From the NCBI GenBank assembly GCA_937916515.1, contig CALFSX010000011.1, positions 5,109-69,108 of the forward strand: DNA of 64,000 nt. The letters are read 5' to 3'. The translations under genes and the position numbers were made by a program. The notes below the pieces were generated by a model. The model was not told where the DNA came from. It did no database searches and saw nothing but the letters and a program-made list of their open reading frames with translations. Source of the DNA: an uncultured Planctomycetaceae bacterium (GTDB lineage: Bacteria > Planctomycetota > Planctomycetia > Planctomycetales > Planctomycetaceae). Shown in pieces: positions 9,181 through 19,839 of the stretch (position 1 is the first letter of the stretch; every line of letters begins with the position of its first letter).

Positions 9181-12100
9181 TTATCGGCCAAGTCCCAGCA
9201 GATAGCTGAGATTCGTGGGCGATGGTGGGCCAAAGCGTGGTTCGACGGCGAAGGCGATTCCCACATTGTCTTTGCTGGTGTCAATTCCCAAACCGACATG
9301 CACCACCCAATCCAGTCCAACTCGACTAAACGTCAGTGAAGATCCTCGCGATTCGCCGGCTGCGACGTCATAAGCGATGGAGCCGGTGGAAATCCATTTG
9401 GGGCTCATCTGATAGCTGTAACTGGCCACCAGTGTCTGACTGTCCAGATAGTTTTTGGCTTCAACTTTACGATAGCCCAGATACACGCTGCCTCTGGTAC
9501 TTCTTTGGCTTAGTACACCAAGGCTCCAAACGTCCTGAGCATTATCAAACAGATCGACTATACCGTCTGCCAGAATGCTGGTGCGATCGTTGATGTTCCA
9601 GCGATAGTTGCCATAAATCAAACCAAAGTCTTCGCCAAAGTTGTCACGATCTGCCTTTGGAAACCAGGTAACCCCGGATTCCCAGATCATCCAGTCGCGA
9701 ATACGTTCCTGCCCGACGGGGCCGACCTTGGTTTGCAGACGGTTTCGCCATCGCAGGCGAAGCGTTTCCTGATCGTTAACGAGTTCGTGGTAGGGAGCAC
9801 TAATCCACATGCCAGCTCCGTTGCGGACGGCGTAGTAGCGAGGATCGAATTCGGCCGGAATCAAGCCGGGGAAAATTTGAGTCGTATAGCGTCCGCGAAA
9901 TCGTTCGGTACTGTTGTCGTCGATTTCGTTGTACTGCGAAATTTCTGACAGGTCACGCGATGATTCTGTGTAACGGTATTCCAGGTACGCATCGCTTTTG
10001 TGAGCCAGACCGTTCAGGTTCCAGAGATCGCTGCGAATAAACGGCATGATCTTTGTTGCAGACAGATGCGCCTGCACACCGGTGCTGAACACGTATCGAT
10101 CGATGTCTTTAGCCGTCAGACCTTCATCCCAGAAGGCCGCTTCGCCCATCACAAACGGGTTGATATTAACCGGGCCCAGCATAAACGGTGCGTCGACCTG
10201 ATGGCGAGTCATCGCCACAAGGCCGCTGGCGTCGTTGACGTACGGCAGAGCCAGAGGTGTAAATGGATCGTTAAGATTTGACGGCGGCCTGCCGGGTTCA
10301 AGATCGGCATAACCTACGCTGGAATGCGACGAATGATAGGCCAGCCCACCGAAGATTGGCTGTGAAAAACTGTACAGGTCGCCTTTGGGCAGCCAATCGG
10401 TCGATGCTTCAAATTCATTCAGTTCGGTTTTCGCCATCAGCGAACCGCTCCAGGCCTGCAGGTCCTGGCGAGCGCCAATCAGTGTTTCGACGTCTTTGTC
10501 TGTGTCGTAGCGAGGTTCGTGGAATGATTCCAGATAGTTGCGGTCGCTAAGATATCCGATCTCACCAAACAGCTGAGCCTGACCGGGTAGAAACTGATTG
10601 TGTCGCATAATGATCGCGCCACGGTTGTTGTTGTCGGGCGACAACGATCTGCGGTCAGCACCAAGGTTATCTGCGCCATCATCATGTTGATAAATCAAAG
10701 TCGAGCTGCCGATGGCTCGTCCCAGATTGGTCTGCATGTCATAGTCGCCCTGCACGCCGATGGCGGGGCCACGTTCAGACAGATAGTCGGCCATCAGGTC
10801 CCAGTCCATACCTTTGGGGGTCGGCTGGCCCAGCAGCTTTGACAGGTTCCAAACGGTCTTCACCTGAAATCCAAATACACGGTCCTGCTTCACGACCGCT
10901 CGGCGAATTGGAATATTCGGGTCTTCGATGGGGGCCGTTATTTTCGGCAGGCCAAGAATCGGAGTGTTCCCCAGAATAAACTGAGGATTAAGGGCCGTCA
11001 TCCATAGTGGGGGACCATTCACAGGTTGTCCCGTGTTGGGATCAACTTTTGTAAATGGCGACACGGGACCGGGTTCAACAAAGATATCTGATGCCTGAAC
11101 TCGGTAACCCGGTTGTCCGTAGGGACTGGTTGAGGTCCACGCATTTTGAGCATGGAATTTGTTTTCGGAAAGCCGTCTTAGCTTTTCTGCGCGAATGCGA
11201 AATTCGCCGCCGGTTTGTGGTAGTTGAGCTCGCAATTCGGCATTCATCAGCAACGCTCTATCGTTGTTGGCGTCGAAGAAAGCGCGAGTCGCCGTGATGG
11301 TATTGTCCTGCTGGCGAACCAGAATGTTTCCTTCCAGATAGATCTGCAATCTTCTGGAAGCAGCTTGCACCAGCGCCTGACCGACAGCCAGCTTGTCTGA
11401 GTCGCTGGGGTCCGTCCAGATGATAATTCGATCAGCAGACAGGTCCAGAACTCCTGGCTGCATCAACTGTCCGGCACCATCAAGCTGCACGCCATCGATT
11501 AAGATATTGACTCCGCCAGTCAGCACATACACCTGTTCTTCAGGAACCGTGTCTCGCGACAGAAAAGAATCGAACTGCAGCGGCTGGCTGGAACGCGGGC
11601 GAATCCGAATTCGCCGAGATCCCTGCACAGCTGAGCCCGACGGTGAATTAAACTGCGGCGGCGTAAAAGAATCGGGGCCACCCTGCAAACTCACAGTCGA
11701 AGTTGTGTTCTTTGAACCGGGCGCCATGCGAGTTGCCGCTTTTCGCATCAGTTCGCTGGGACTTGTGACTTCGCTTTGCAGTTTGGAATCAACACTGACA
11801 GGGCTCAATGCCTGCAGCCGAATTTGATGAGCGGCATAGCGTTGAGGGTTTCCATGATTTGTGTACTGCACTCGACCTTCGGCATACACAAGCACATCGT
11901 GTCCGTCTGCGGTAACTCGATCAAAGACAACCATTGTCTCAGCGGTGAGTTGCAATTCCCCCTGAGTCAATTCAACAAGACCACTACCATTCATGCCGCC
12001 GCGCATGGTGATGATGGTTGTGTTTTCCTGCTGCAAAATTTCCTGATGATTCGCGGTCACACGAATTGGTTGAGCAATATCGTTTGCTTCGGCTGCAACC

Positions 12101-12198
12101 AATCCATTGACTTCCTGCGCGCATAGCAAGCCACACTGTGCCCAAAGCACAGTTGGCAAAGCAATCAACGCAATTATGGCGCGATACAATGGCGTCAT
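9181..12198 (-). CDS. LptD/OstA-like outer-membrane protein (LPS-assembly protein candidate)
   Basis: Signal peptide MTPLYRAIIALIALPTVLWAQ. The N-terminal OstA-like beta-jellyroll stretch is VTANHQEILQQENTTIITMRGG...LQLTAETMVVFDRV...VYAEGRVQY. A long aromatic/Gly-rich beta-barrel-like C-terminal region follows. Family assignment is from recall only. Confidence 0.5.
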   Translation of the reverse strand: MTPLYRAIIALIALPTVLWAQCGLLCAQEVNGLVAAEANDIAQPIRVTANHQEILQQENTTIITMRGGMNGSGLVELTQGELQLTAETMVVFDRVTADGHDVLVYAEGRVQYTNHGNPQRYAAHQIRLQALSPVSVDSKLQSEVTSPSELMRKAATRMAPGSKNTTSTVSLQGGPDSFTPPQFNSPSGSAVQGSRRIRIRPRSSQPLQFDSFLSRDTVPEEQVYVLTGGVNILIDGVQLDGAGQLMQPGVLDLSADRIIIWTDPSDSDKLAVGQALVQAASRRLQIYLEGNILVRQQDNTITATRAFFDANNDRALLMNAELRAQLPQTGGEFRIRAEKLRRLSENKFHAQNAWTSTSPYGQPGYRVQASDIFVEPGPVSPFTKVDPNTGQPVNGPPLWMTALNPQFILGNTPILGLPKITAPIEDPNIPIRRAVVKQDRVFGFQVKTVWNLSKLLGQPTPKGMDWDLMADYLSERGPAIGVQGDYDMQTNLGRAIGSSTLIYQHDDGADNLGADRRSLSPDNNNRGAIIMRHNQFLPGQAQLFGEIGYLSDRNYLESFHEPRYDTDKDVETLIGARQDLQAWSGSLMAKTELNEFEASTDWLPKGDLYSFSQPIFGGLAYHSSHSSVGYADLEPGRPPSNLNDPFTPLALPYVNDASGLVAMTRHQVDAPFMLGPVNINPFVMGEAAFWDEGLTAKDIDRYVFSTGVQAHLSATKIMPFIRSDLWNLNGLAHKSDAYLEYRYTESSRDLSEISQYNEIDDNSTERFRGRYTTQIFPGLIPAEFDPRYYAVRNGAGMWISAPYHELVNDQETLRLRWRNRLQTKVGPVGQERIRDWMIWESGVTWFPKADRDNFGEDFGLIYGNYRWNINDRTSILADGIVDLFDNAQDVWSLGVLSQRSTRGSVYLGYRKVEAKNYLDSQTLVASYSYQMSPKWISTGSIAYDVAAGESRGSSLTFSRVGLDWVVHVGLGIDTSKDNVGIAFAVEPRFGPPSPTNLSYLLGLGR

Positions 12199-12734
12199 AG
12201 GGAAGCAAAAATCAGCCAGCATTTGAAACAGAATTCAATGCTGACGTGAGGGGATGCGAGACAGTTGTGGAGAGAAAAGCAGAACGCTTGAAGGGTGAGA
12301 GACGTGCGGTTTTAGAATGACTCGATGATCTACAGCATCGATAGACGCCGGAAGTTTACGCCGACTATTCGAAACGGGTCAATACCGCACATTTGCCGGG
12401 GATTTGCCGTAAGTCGTTGCCGTGAAACATGTTTTGGCAATAGTGCGGCTTAACCGGCCACAATTGCCGGATTTGCAACAAGCGTTTCACCCGTTTTTCA
12501 AACGATTCGATGTCGTGCTTTGCCGAATCACGCCGCCGACCGGGAGCCCCGGCGGGCGAGGGCGTAGGTGCGACGGGATATGTTGAAGTGGGCGTTATTC
12601 GCCGAGATGGTGTGTGAGTAAAGTGGCCATGAAATCGGGACCGAATCGCATTGAAGCAATCAGTCGCTGCCTGCTGAATGTGCCCATCACGAAATATGCC
12701 AGCCGCGTTGCGACTACTCGTCTTAAAGCGTTGG

Positions 12735-13952
12735 CTATGTAGCAGCTGCAACTGGTTCTGGAAGTGGAGCCATATTCAGCAGCTCTCGAACTCGTGGGTT
12801 CATGATTTCTCGCCCCCGTGTCAGCAGCGTGTCGCGGACGATTTCGTCATTGGTGTCGATGTTCAGTTGGCCGTCTTTAACCAGTAACTGCAGGAATGTC
12901 AGGATATTCTTGCTGAACATTTCACTGGCGTGAACCGGGATGTCGGATGCCAGATTGCACGGGCCAAGCACCTGAACGCCGTTGTAATCGATGGTTTCAC
13001 CAGCTTTGGTGACTTCACAATTTCCACCTCGCTCAGCTGCCAGGTCCACAACCACAGATCCGGGAGCCATGGCTTCCACCATTTCCTGAGTTACCAGCAC
13101 GGGGGCTTTTTTGCCGGGAATTGCCGCCGTGGTAATAACGATGTCACAGTCTGCAATGACTTTTTTCATGGCCACTCTTTGGCGACGATAAAAGTCTTCG
13201 TCCATTTCTTTGGCGTATCCGCCTTTGGCTTCCGACTGATTCGTTTCCAGATCCAGTTCGACAAACTTTCCGCCCAGACTTTCCACCTGTTCTCGCACAG
13301 CGGGGCGAATGTCGTAACCGTAGACGACAGCTCCCAGTCGTTTGGATGTCGCGATCGCCTGCAGCCCGGCAACGCCCGCACCGATGACCAGTACTCTGGC
13401 AGGTTTTAGCGTGCCAGCGGCTGTCATCATCATCGGAAACATGCGTGGAGCGGCAGTGGCTGCCAACAAGACAGCTCGATAGCCGGCGACAGTTGCCATG
13501 GAAGACAGGATATCCATGCTTTGAGCTCGCGTGATTCGCGGCACCAGTTCCAGCGAAAATGCAGTGAGACCTTTTTCGGCGACGGCCGGAATGCTGTCGG
13601 GGAACGTAAGCGGATCGCAGCTGGAAATCAAAACCTGACCATCCTGCAGCAGATTCAAGTCGTCGGCACCGCAGTCGATGTTTGCTCCCAAAGCTTTCAC
13701 CTGCAACACAATGTCGGCGTGCCGCAACAATTCAGCTCGATCCGCGACAACTTCCGCACCCTTGTCGATGTATTGCCGGTCGGGAAACCCGGCCTTGATT
13801 CCGGCTCCGGATTGTACGCGAACTGTCAGCCCGATTTTTTTAAGAGCCGCAATCATGGATGGCACGATGGCCACTCGATTTTCCTGCAAATCGGCTTCGC
13901 ACGGAATGGCGACAATGAGTCCAGGAGCGGAGGCAGGTGTGCTGTCGGACAT
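12735..13952 (-). CDS. pntA: NAD(P) transhydrogenase subunit alpha part 1 (PntAA; alanine dehydrogenase/PNT family)
   Basis: AlaDH/PNT N- and C-domains with the dinucleotide fold VLVIGAGVAGLQAIATSKRLGAVV. The PntAA-like C-terminus is FLQLLVKDGQLNIDTNDEIVRDTLLTRGREI. ATG at 13952. Confidence 0.75.
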   Translation of the reverse strand: MSDSTPASAPGLIVAIPCEADLQENRVAIVPSMIAALKKIGLTVRVQSGAGIKAGFPDRQYIDKGAEVVADRAELLRHADIVLQVKALGANIDCGADDLNLLQDGQVLISSCDPLTFPDSIPAVAEKGLTAFSLELVPRITRAQSMDILSSMATVAGYRAVLLAATAAPRMFPMMMTAAGTLKPARVLVIGAGVAGLQAIATSKRLGAVVYGYDIRPAVREQVESLGGKFVELDLETNQSEAKGGYAKEMDEDFYRRQRVAMKKVIADCDIVITTAAIPGKKAPVLVTQEMVEAMAPGSVVVDLAAERGGNCEVTKAGETIDYNGVQVLGPCNLASDIPVHASEMFSKNILTFLQLLVKDGQLNIDTNDEIVRDTLLTRGREIMNPRVRELLNMAPLPEPVAAAT

Positions 13953-14187
13953 TGTGCTTCTTTCTGTTCGGGTTTTTGTTTCGTTGCTGTTGGGCAATGT
14001 GTGTCACCGGACGTTGTGTCCCCGGACGCCGAAAGCTTGCGGCAGAGATGAGTGGCCACGCACTTACGGTGTGAAGGGGACATTCTTTCGCCCAACTTCT
14101 TAGAGCAAGGCAACACCGCTGCTTTCAACGTTGACGATTGACTGTCATCGCTATGCTTGAACGAAACCTAATGACGACAAATGACTT

Positions 14188-16377
14188 CTATTCTGCCGAA
14201 TAGACCGCCGCAAAACCAATGTCCGCTTCCAATTCTTCATCTGCGTCTGTCCGGCGAGCTTCTATTCGAATGCCGTAGGACTGACGGACTGGCACTTTTA
14301 GTCGCAAATCGGCATCGCCCACGCATTCGCATTCAACTTCCGGCATGCCGGGCAGCGGTGGCGAAAACGGTATGTGCAGGTTTGCTCGCTTCTGACCTTT
14401 GTCGAATCGAATCGTCATCACACCTTCGACAAGTTCGCTGCCGTCGTCTGCTTTGGTACGTTCAAAGGCTGAGGCTTCGCTTTTGGATTTTGCTGATGAT
14501 GATCTTTCGGCGGTAGTTGCTCGTGCCGGTGCAGCAGGAGTTTTGAGGTCCGCGATTGTGTCCGCAGCGGCCTTTGCTGCAGGTTGGTCATAGCGGCTTG
14601 GTGTTCGAACTGTATCAGCAACCCGTTGAACGCCAGCCGACGATGCTTCCGCTTGTGGGCTTTTGCCGGTAAGAAGCGACTTGGCTCGATCGATCAGGCT
14701 GCGTGTGTCGCCGCCCTGTTCAGCGGGTTCGGCCAATTTGCTGGCTGCTGCGTACGCGACCGGAACCCCAAACAGGCTGGCCCCCGCTTGTAAGACGCTG
14801 CTGCTGCTGCTGCTGGAAGTTGTTGACGGCTTGCTGCTTTGATCGCTTTGCAGATTTGTGGTGACTTCGGGCTTTGATGTTGGCGGCGAAGTGCGAGCTG
14901 TTTCGCGTCGATAAGATGCTGTGCTGGCTTCGCTTGTCGTGCTGCTGCGATCAACAGACTTTGTGTCGATTGATGGGCGATCGTACGGCGTCGGCACATC
15001 GGCTGTTCGGCTGGCAGGTTGTTCAGCAACGGGCGTGCGTTGACTTGAACGGTAAGAGCTTGTTGCTGAATCCGACGCAGGAGCAGAAGTGCGGTCCGAA
15101 GTTGGAGGTGTGCGGCGATAACTGGATTCATTAGTTGCCGCAGACTGTTGTGAACTTCGCCGAGACGACTCAGAACGCGATGATTCAGACCGTGAGGTTG
15201 TGACGTCGGCAACTGGTTGAGTTGAAGAAACCAGGTTGTAGGCTTCAGCCAGAGTTCTGGCGGTTTGGGGCTGCAGTTCGATGCTGGCCGCAAGACGCCT
15301 GGCTTTGGACTGATATCGCAAAGGCGTTGGGCGTTTGACTTCGCTGCGAGCCGTTTTGCCTAGGCGCAAGTGCGAAGATTCTGGATTTACGCTGGTGTAT
15401 TCAGGTTTTCCGGGCGCAGCGAATTGTCGTTGCTGCATTGATGGTCCGGCAGATTCACGTTCTTGTTGAATTGAGCGTTGGCGTTCTGCGTTTCGCTGCC
15501 GCCGCGTTAATGGTTCGTCCGTGCCAGCCTGGCTTAAAAAGGCCGTGCTGGCGGAATTTGCTGCGGGGCCTGGTCTTCTTCCGGCCACGGGCAGTGGCGG
15601 TGCGGCCACTTGAAACGGCTGGTTGCTGGTGCTGGCTGAACGTGTTTTTTGTGGGGCCGTTCTTTGTGACGAACGCTGAACAGAACGGTCGTCCGTATTC
15701 AGGTCAAACGGTGCATCATCCAGCAATCCGATGTCGAAATCAGAACCCAGAATATCATCCACGTCAGAGATAACTCGACGTTCCGGCGCGGCGGTCGTGG
15801 GGCGTTTGGCTTGATCTCGATTCAGGTAAGATCGTGGTGCCAGTGAAGGGCGTTGTCCGTCAGCGACGACGGTTGAAAGGTCGTTAAAGGTGAACCAGCT
15901 GGCGTTCGGATCCATCACAGAATTAGACATGCGATCGAAAGCAGGAAGCGGCACAACGTAAGAATGCCGGCCTCGAGGTACGCCAAAAAACTCATCCGGT
16001 ACGTGGCTTAATATTGCAATCACCACCAGCAGAAATATGCCCAGTGCCAGCCACCATTTCAGTGGGGAGTCGTATGGCATTAAGCAAAAGCCAATGATCG
16101 GCGGCGGAAACAAGGTGGCTGCTGCGGCAAGAAACAACGACGGAGATTCAGCCGTTGTGCGCTGATTGGGATTGAACAGCATCCATGCAAACACACCAAC
16201 GAATGCTCCAAAAGCCGCCAGCAGAAATGCAATTGGTTCGGCCGCCGTGGAGCGGAAGCTTCCGAGTTGATGGGCGTTCCACAAGTAGAACGCAGTACCA
16301 ACAAGAAGGCCCCAGGCCATCAGCGCGATGACTCGTCGAGAGCGTGAGACTCGTGAGTGCCGTGATTTATCGTGCAT
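14188..16377 (-). CDS. Membrane-anchored, largely low-complexity (S/T/A/P/R/Q-rich) protein with a small C-terminal domain
   Basis: The N-terminal roughly 130 aa contain about 4 hydrophobic segments. About 450 aa of biased composition follow, including SRSESSRSESSRR and SSSSSS. The last roughly 100 aa are of normal composition. No family recognised. Confidence 0.6.
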   Translation of the reverse strand: MHDKSRHSRVSRSRRVIALMAWGLLVGTAFYLWNAHQLGSFRSTAAEPIAFLLAAFGAFVGVFAWMLFNPNQRTTAESPSLFLAAAATLFPPPIIGFCLMPYDSPLKWWLALGIFLLVVIAILSHVPDEFFGVPRGRHSYVVPLPAFDRMSNSVMDPNASWFTFNDLSTVVADGQRPSLAPRSYLNRDQAKRPTTAAPERRVISDVDDILGSDFDIGLLDDAPFDLNTDDRSVQRSSQRTAPQKTRSASTSNQPFQVAAPPLPVAGRRPGPAANSASTAFLSQAGTDEPLTRRQRNAERQRSIQQERESAGPSMQQRQFAAPGKPEYTSVNPESSHLRLGKTARSEVKRPTPLRYQSKARRLAASIELQPQTARTLAEAYNLVSSTQPVADVTTSRSESSRSESSRRSSQQSAATNESSYRRTPPTSDRTSAPASDSATSSYRSSQRTPVAEQPASRTADVPTPYDRPSIDTKSVDRSSTTSEASTASYRRETARTSPPTSKPEVTTNLQSDQSSKPSTTSSSSSSSVLQAGASLFGVPVAYAAASKLAEPAEQGGDTRSLIDRAKSLLTGKSPQAEASSAGVQRVADTVRTPSRYDQPAAKAAADTIADLKTPAAPARATTAERSSSAKSKSEASAFERTKADDGSELVEGVMTIRFDKGQKRANLHIPFSPPLPGMPEVECECVGDADLRLKVPVRQSYGIRIEARRTDADEELEADIGFAAVYSAE

Positions 16378-16542
16378 GGCTTCCTGCCTTTTTTACTTCC
16401 ATCCACAACAAGGGGTGTGCCCCTGGACAAAAATCAGTAATCGCTTTAAGGCGATTGTTCGTCATTCCGGCCGCTCTGTTCAAAGTGGCTTTGGAATTAA
16501 GAGTTCTTTCGAGACCGTTTTACTGAAGTCTATGTTTCAAAG

Positions 16543-16570
16543 AAAACCGCCCGCTGAAAACAGCGGGCGG
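16543..16570 (-). terminator. Rho-independent terminator of metK
   Basis: Stem CCGCCCGCTG (16547-16556), loop AAAA, stem CAGCGGGCGG (16561-16570). On the minus strand it is followed by TTTTCTTTG, 15 nt after the metK stop. Confidence 0.8.
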
Positions 16571-16584
16571 TTCAAGTTACCAAT

Positions 16585-17721
16585 TTAGCTGACAGCTTTT
16601 TTCAGTGCGTCGACCATGTCGGTCGCTTCCCACTTGAATTCCGGTTCGTTGCGGCCAAAGTGACCACCGTGAGCCGTGTGGCGGAAAATCGGACGTCGCA
16701 GGCCAAGGTGTTCGATAATTCCCTTGGGAGTTAACGGGAAGATTTCCTGAACAGCTTTCTGAATGGCTTCTTCCGGAACAGTCGCGGTGCCGTTTGTGTC
16801 GACTCGAACGCTCACAGGTGCAGCCACGCCAATCGCGTAGGCAAGTTGCACTTCACATTCGGTTGCCAGACCAGCGGCCACGATATTCTTGGCAACGTAT
16901 CGGCCCATATAGGCGGCCGATCGGTCAACCTTGGTTGAGTCCTTGCCAGAAAACGCTCCACCGCCGTGTCGTCCCCAGCCGCCATAGGTATCGACGATGA
17001 TTTTGCGACCGGTCAGACCGGTGTCGCCGTGAGGACCGCCGACCACGAATCGGCCCGTTGGGTTGATGTGGTACTTGGTGTTGTCGTCCAGCAGGTCGTT
17101 TGGAATGGCTTCTTTGATAACGCTTTTGACGTAGTCGTAGATTTCTTCCTGAGTGACGTCGTCAGAGTGTTGCGTGGAAACAACGATGGCATCGATGCGA
17201 ACAGGCTTTGGTCCATCGTATTCGACAGTCACCTGGCTTTTGCTGTCCGGTCGCAACCAGTTGACGTCGCCCTTTTGACGTTTTTCGGCAAGCAGGTTGA
17301 TGATGCGATGAGAAAACGCGATGGCCACAGGCATCAATTCCGGAGTTTGATCACATGCGTAACCAAACATCAATCCCTGGTCGCCCGCACCTTCTCTATC
17401 AACACCCATGGCGATGTCCGCGCTTTGGCTGTGAAGTGCACAGAACACGTTGCAAGTGTCAGCGTTGAATCCGATGTCGTCGCTGGTGTAGCCGATTTCT
17501 CGAATAACCTGGCGAGCCACTTCAACGTAATCGACTTTGGCTTTGGTTGTGATTTCGCCGGAAAGTACCACGAGGTCCGTAGTGCACAATGTTTCGCAGG
17601 CAACGCGAGACATTGGGTCCTGAGCCAGCAAAGCGTCAAGGATTCCGTCAGACACCTGATCCGAAACTTTGTCCGGATGTCCCATGCTGACTGATTCGCT
17701 GGTGAAGAAATAGTTTGCCAT
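16585..17721 (-). CDS. metK: S-adenosylmethionine synthetase
   Basis: Full-length match to the MetK pattern: [47 protein letters not shown]. Confidence 0.97.
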   Translation of the reverse strand: MANYFFTSESVSMGHPDKVSDQVSDGILDALLAQDPMSRVACETLCTTDLVVLSGEITTKAKVDYVEVARQVIREIGYTSDDIGFNADTCNVFCALHSQSADIAMGVDREGAGDQGLMFGYACDQTPELMPVAIAFSHRIINLLAEKRQKGDVNWLRPDSKSQVTVEYDGPKPVRIDAIVVSTQHSDDVTQEEIYDYVKSVIKEAIPNDLLDDNTKYHINPTGRFVVGGPHGDTGLTGRKIIVDTYGGWGRHGGGAFSGKDSTKVDRSAAYMGRYVAKNIVAAGLATECEVQLAYAIGVAAPVSVRVDTNGTATVPEEAIQKAVQEIFPLTPKGIIEHLGLRRPIFRHTAHGGHFGRNEPEFKWEATDMVDALKKAVS

Positions 17722-18490
17722 CTTCTGGATCTACCCTGACTGAAATTTAATCTAAGTGAAAGTTTTATAGAGGAGATTTCGGTTGCTAACTTCGTTAAAC
17801 GGCAATGTCACCGTCTAAGAAAATTCGCCTTGTTGGAATCTCACGAAGCCCCGAAATGAAGTTCGACGAATTTACAGTGCTAGCTGCCTTGACCTTCTTT
17901 AGCTGGCCATTTTCGCGAGTGTTTCTATTTTGCGGGTCGGGGAAGTTTAGGGAAGCCAAGAATGGCCCACAACACAGAACACTCAGAACGTGTGCTGGTT
18001 TTTTAATCTGAGACGCGTTTTCCCTTGTCTGAATGGCTTTTTGACCATGCTGGAAGGCAGTTTCGCCTGACCTGGCCGGCCTGAGGTAGCCGGTTCGCGG
18101 ATGCCCGTCGGGCTTGGGCTGCCTGCTATTTGCCACCCAATCGCCAGTCGGTTGGCGTGGTAAAGGCCCAATTGTTTGCGGCAATGGCTCGCGTTTTTGC
18201 CGGAATATCTGACGTTGATCTTTGAAATGTGATTTTGCGCAGTCGGCGAAACTTGTCGAATCAGATATCGTTGTCACACTTCGCCCCAGAATCCGCGACC
18301 AGAAACAACCTGGATGCCGTTTCCGGGCAATCGCCAGCTGCTTATTGAAATTGTCTGACGCGTATTTCAAGGCCGGCTTTTATCACCGTTGGCTGTTGGG
18401 CGTTCGACAGGGAGGCGTGCTGGCGAGGATTCTGCGCTGCATTTTTCAGCGGCGGTTTGTTTGCAAAACTATGACTTCGAAGGGATTGAC

Positions 18491-19237
18491 ATGTCTGGAT
18501 CTGAACTGGCCTACAAACGCGTTTTGCTGAAAATCAGCGGCGAAAGCTTCTGCCGAGAAGGCGAATCCGGTATCGCAATGGCCGAGCTTTCCAGCATTTC
18601 TGAGCAAATTAAGCAGGTTGTCGAAGTTGGCGTACAGTTGGCGATTGTGTGCGGCGGCGGCAATATTCTGCGAGGTAAGCAGTTTGCAGAAGCCAGCGAC
18701 ACCATTATTCCGTCAACCGCTCATTACATGGGCATGTTGGGAACAGTAATCAACGCTCTGGCATTGCAGGACGCTTTGGAAAGTGTGGGCGTTGCAACTC
18801 GCGTGCAAAGCGCCATTCGCATGGAAGGCGTCGCAGAAACGTTTATTCGACGACGATGTATTCGTCATCTTGAAAAGGGTCGAGTCGTGATTTTAGCGGC
18901 CGGCACCGGCAGCCCGTTTGTGACCACGGACACCGCGGCCGCTTTAAGAGCTCGCGAAATTGACGCCGACATTGTGCTGAAGGGCACGAAAGTTGACGGC
19001 GTTTATTCCGACGACCCAATGAAAAACCCGCACGCCGTTCGCTATACGGAGATTTCCTACAAAGACGTGATTGCTCAAAATCTGCAGGTTATGGATGCTC
19101 AGGCATTTCACCACTGCATGGAACAGAAGCTGCCAATCATTGTGTTCAACTACAAAAAAGTGGGCAACATTTTGCGAGCCGTCACGGGCGACACAATTGG
19201 CACGCGAGTGAGTGCTGAAGGTAAAGCTGGAGCGTAG
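18491..19237 (+). CDS. pyrH: UMP kinase
   Basis: [12 protein letters not shown] ... [11 protein letters not shown] ... [11 protein letters not shown] ... [20 protein letters not shown] ... [15 protein letters not shown] at 18491 preferred over the upstream in-frame start at 18389. Confidence 0.95.
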   Translation: MSGSELAYKRVLLKISGESFCREGESGIAMAELSSISEQIKQVVEVGVQLAIVCGGGNILRGKQFAEASDTIIPSTAHYMGMLGTVINALALQDALESVGVATRVQSAIRMEGVAETFIRRRCIRHLEKGRVVILAAGTGSPFVTTDTAAALRAREIDADIVLKGTKVDGVYSDDPMKNPHAVRYTEISYKDVIAQNLQVMDAQAFHHCMEQKLPIIVFNYKKVGNILRAVTGDTIGTRVSAEGKAGA

Positions 19238-19239
19238 AC

Positions 19240-19728
19240 GTGTTCGTTTTCGCAAGCCATTCAGAAGTCGACACCCAAAATCTGGGCCAACGTTTCGCTG
19301 AAGCGTTGGTGCCCGGTTTGGTGGTTGCGTTGAATGGACAGCTGGGTTCCGGCAAGACAAATCTTGTGCGAGCCGTCTGCCAGGCACTGGGCGCGGACGA
19401 AAATCAGGTGAACAGCCCGACGTTTGTGCTGATGCAAACATACGGCGATGGCCGGATTCCCGTGATGCATTTCGACACCTATCGACTGGCTGATGTGGAC
19501 GAATTTCTGGCGATTGGTGGCGACGAATACCTGACAGACGCTGAATTTGTGTGCTTTGTTGAATGGGCCGAACGAATTTCTGAAGTGCTTCCAGCGGACC
19601 ATCTTACGATAAACATCGAACAGCTGGCAGAATCTTCCAGAAGCTTTACCTTCATCGCCAGTGGACCAGTTTCTGAAGCATTGGTGACGCGACTGGGTAA
19701 ACCCGATGTTGACGCCGAATTCAGTTGA
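19240..19728 (+). CDS. tsaE: tRNA threonylcarbamoyladenosine (t6A) biosynthesis ATPase TsaE
   Basis: LNGQLGSGKTNLVRAVCQALG, VNSPTFVLMQTY, HFDTYRL, VCFVEWAE. GTG start 3 nt after the pyrH stop. Confidence 0.88.
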   Translation: MFVFASHSEVDTQNLGQRFAEALVPGLVVALNGQLGSGKTNLVRAVCQALGADENQVNSPTFVLMQTYGDGRIPVMHFDTYRLADVDEFLAIGGDEYLTDAEFVCFVEWAERISEVLPADHLTINIEQLAESSRSFTFIASGPVSEALVTRLGKPDVDAEFS

Positions 19729-19839
19729 AGTGAGAATGGCATTAACGAGCGTGTCTGGACGCAACAGCGGTTGCATTAGCCAGCGAAGCAGGAAGCTTCG
19801 GCAGCTCTGAAAACAAGGCCCGGCGGCAGGACGCCCGAC

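Noticed and set aside
12365-12751. 128-aa ORF downstream of pntAA as a possible pntAB
   Set aside because: PntAB is a small, very hydrophobic membrane protein. This ORF is Arg/His/Pro-rich with no hydrophobic segment, and it overlaps the pntAA stop.
17722-17960. SAM riboswitch in the metK leader
   Set aside because: I could not find the SAM-I core (GAGGGA ... GCAACC ... AGAUGA-type blocks) or the SAM-II/V AAAGCU triplex motif in the right arrangement. Only a covariance-model scan could settle this.
17795-18370. 191-aa minus-strand ORF (and the 68-aa plus-strand ORF 17805..18011) in the metK/pyrH gap
   Set aside because: It has no motifs, a basic Arg/Pro/Gln-rich composition and no plausible start context. 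I treat the region as non-coding.
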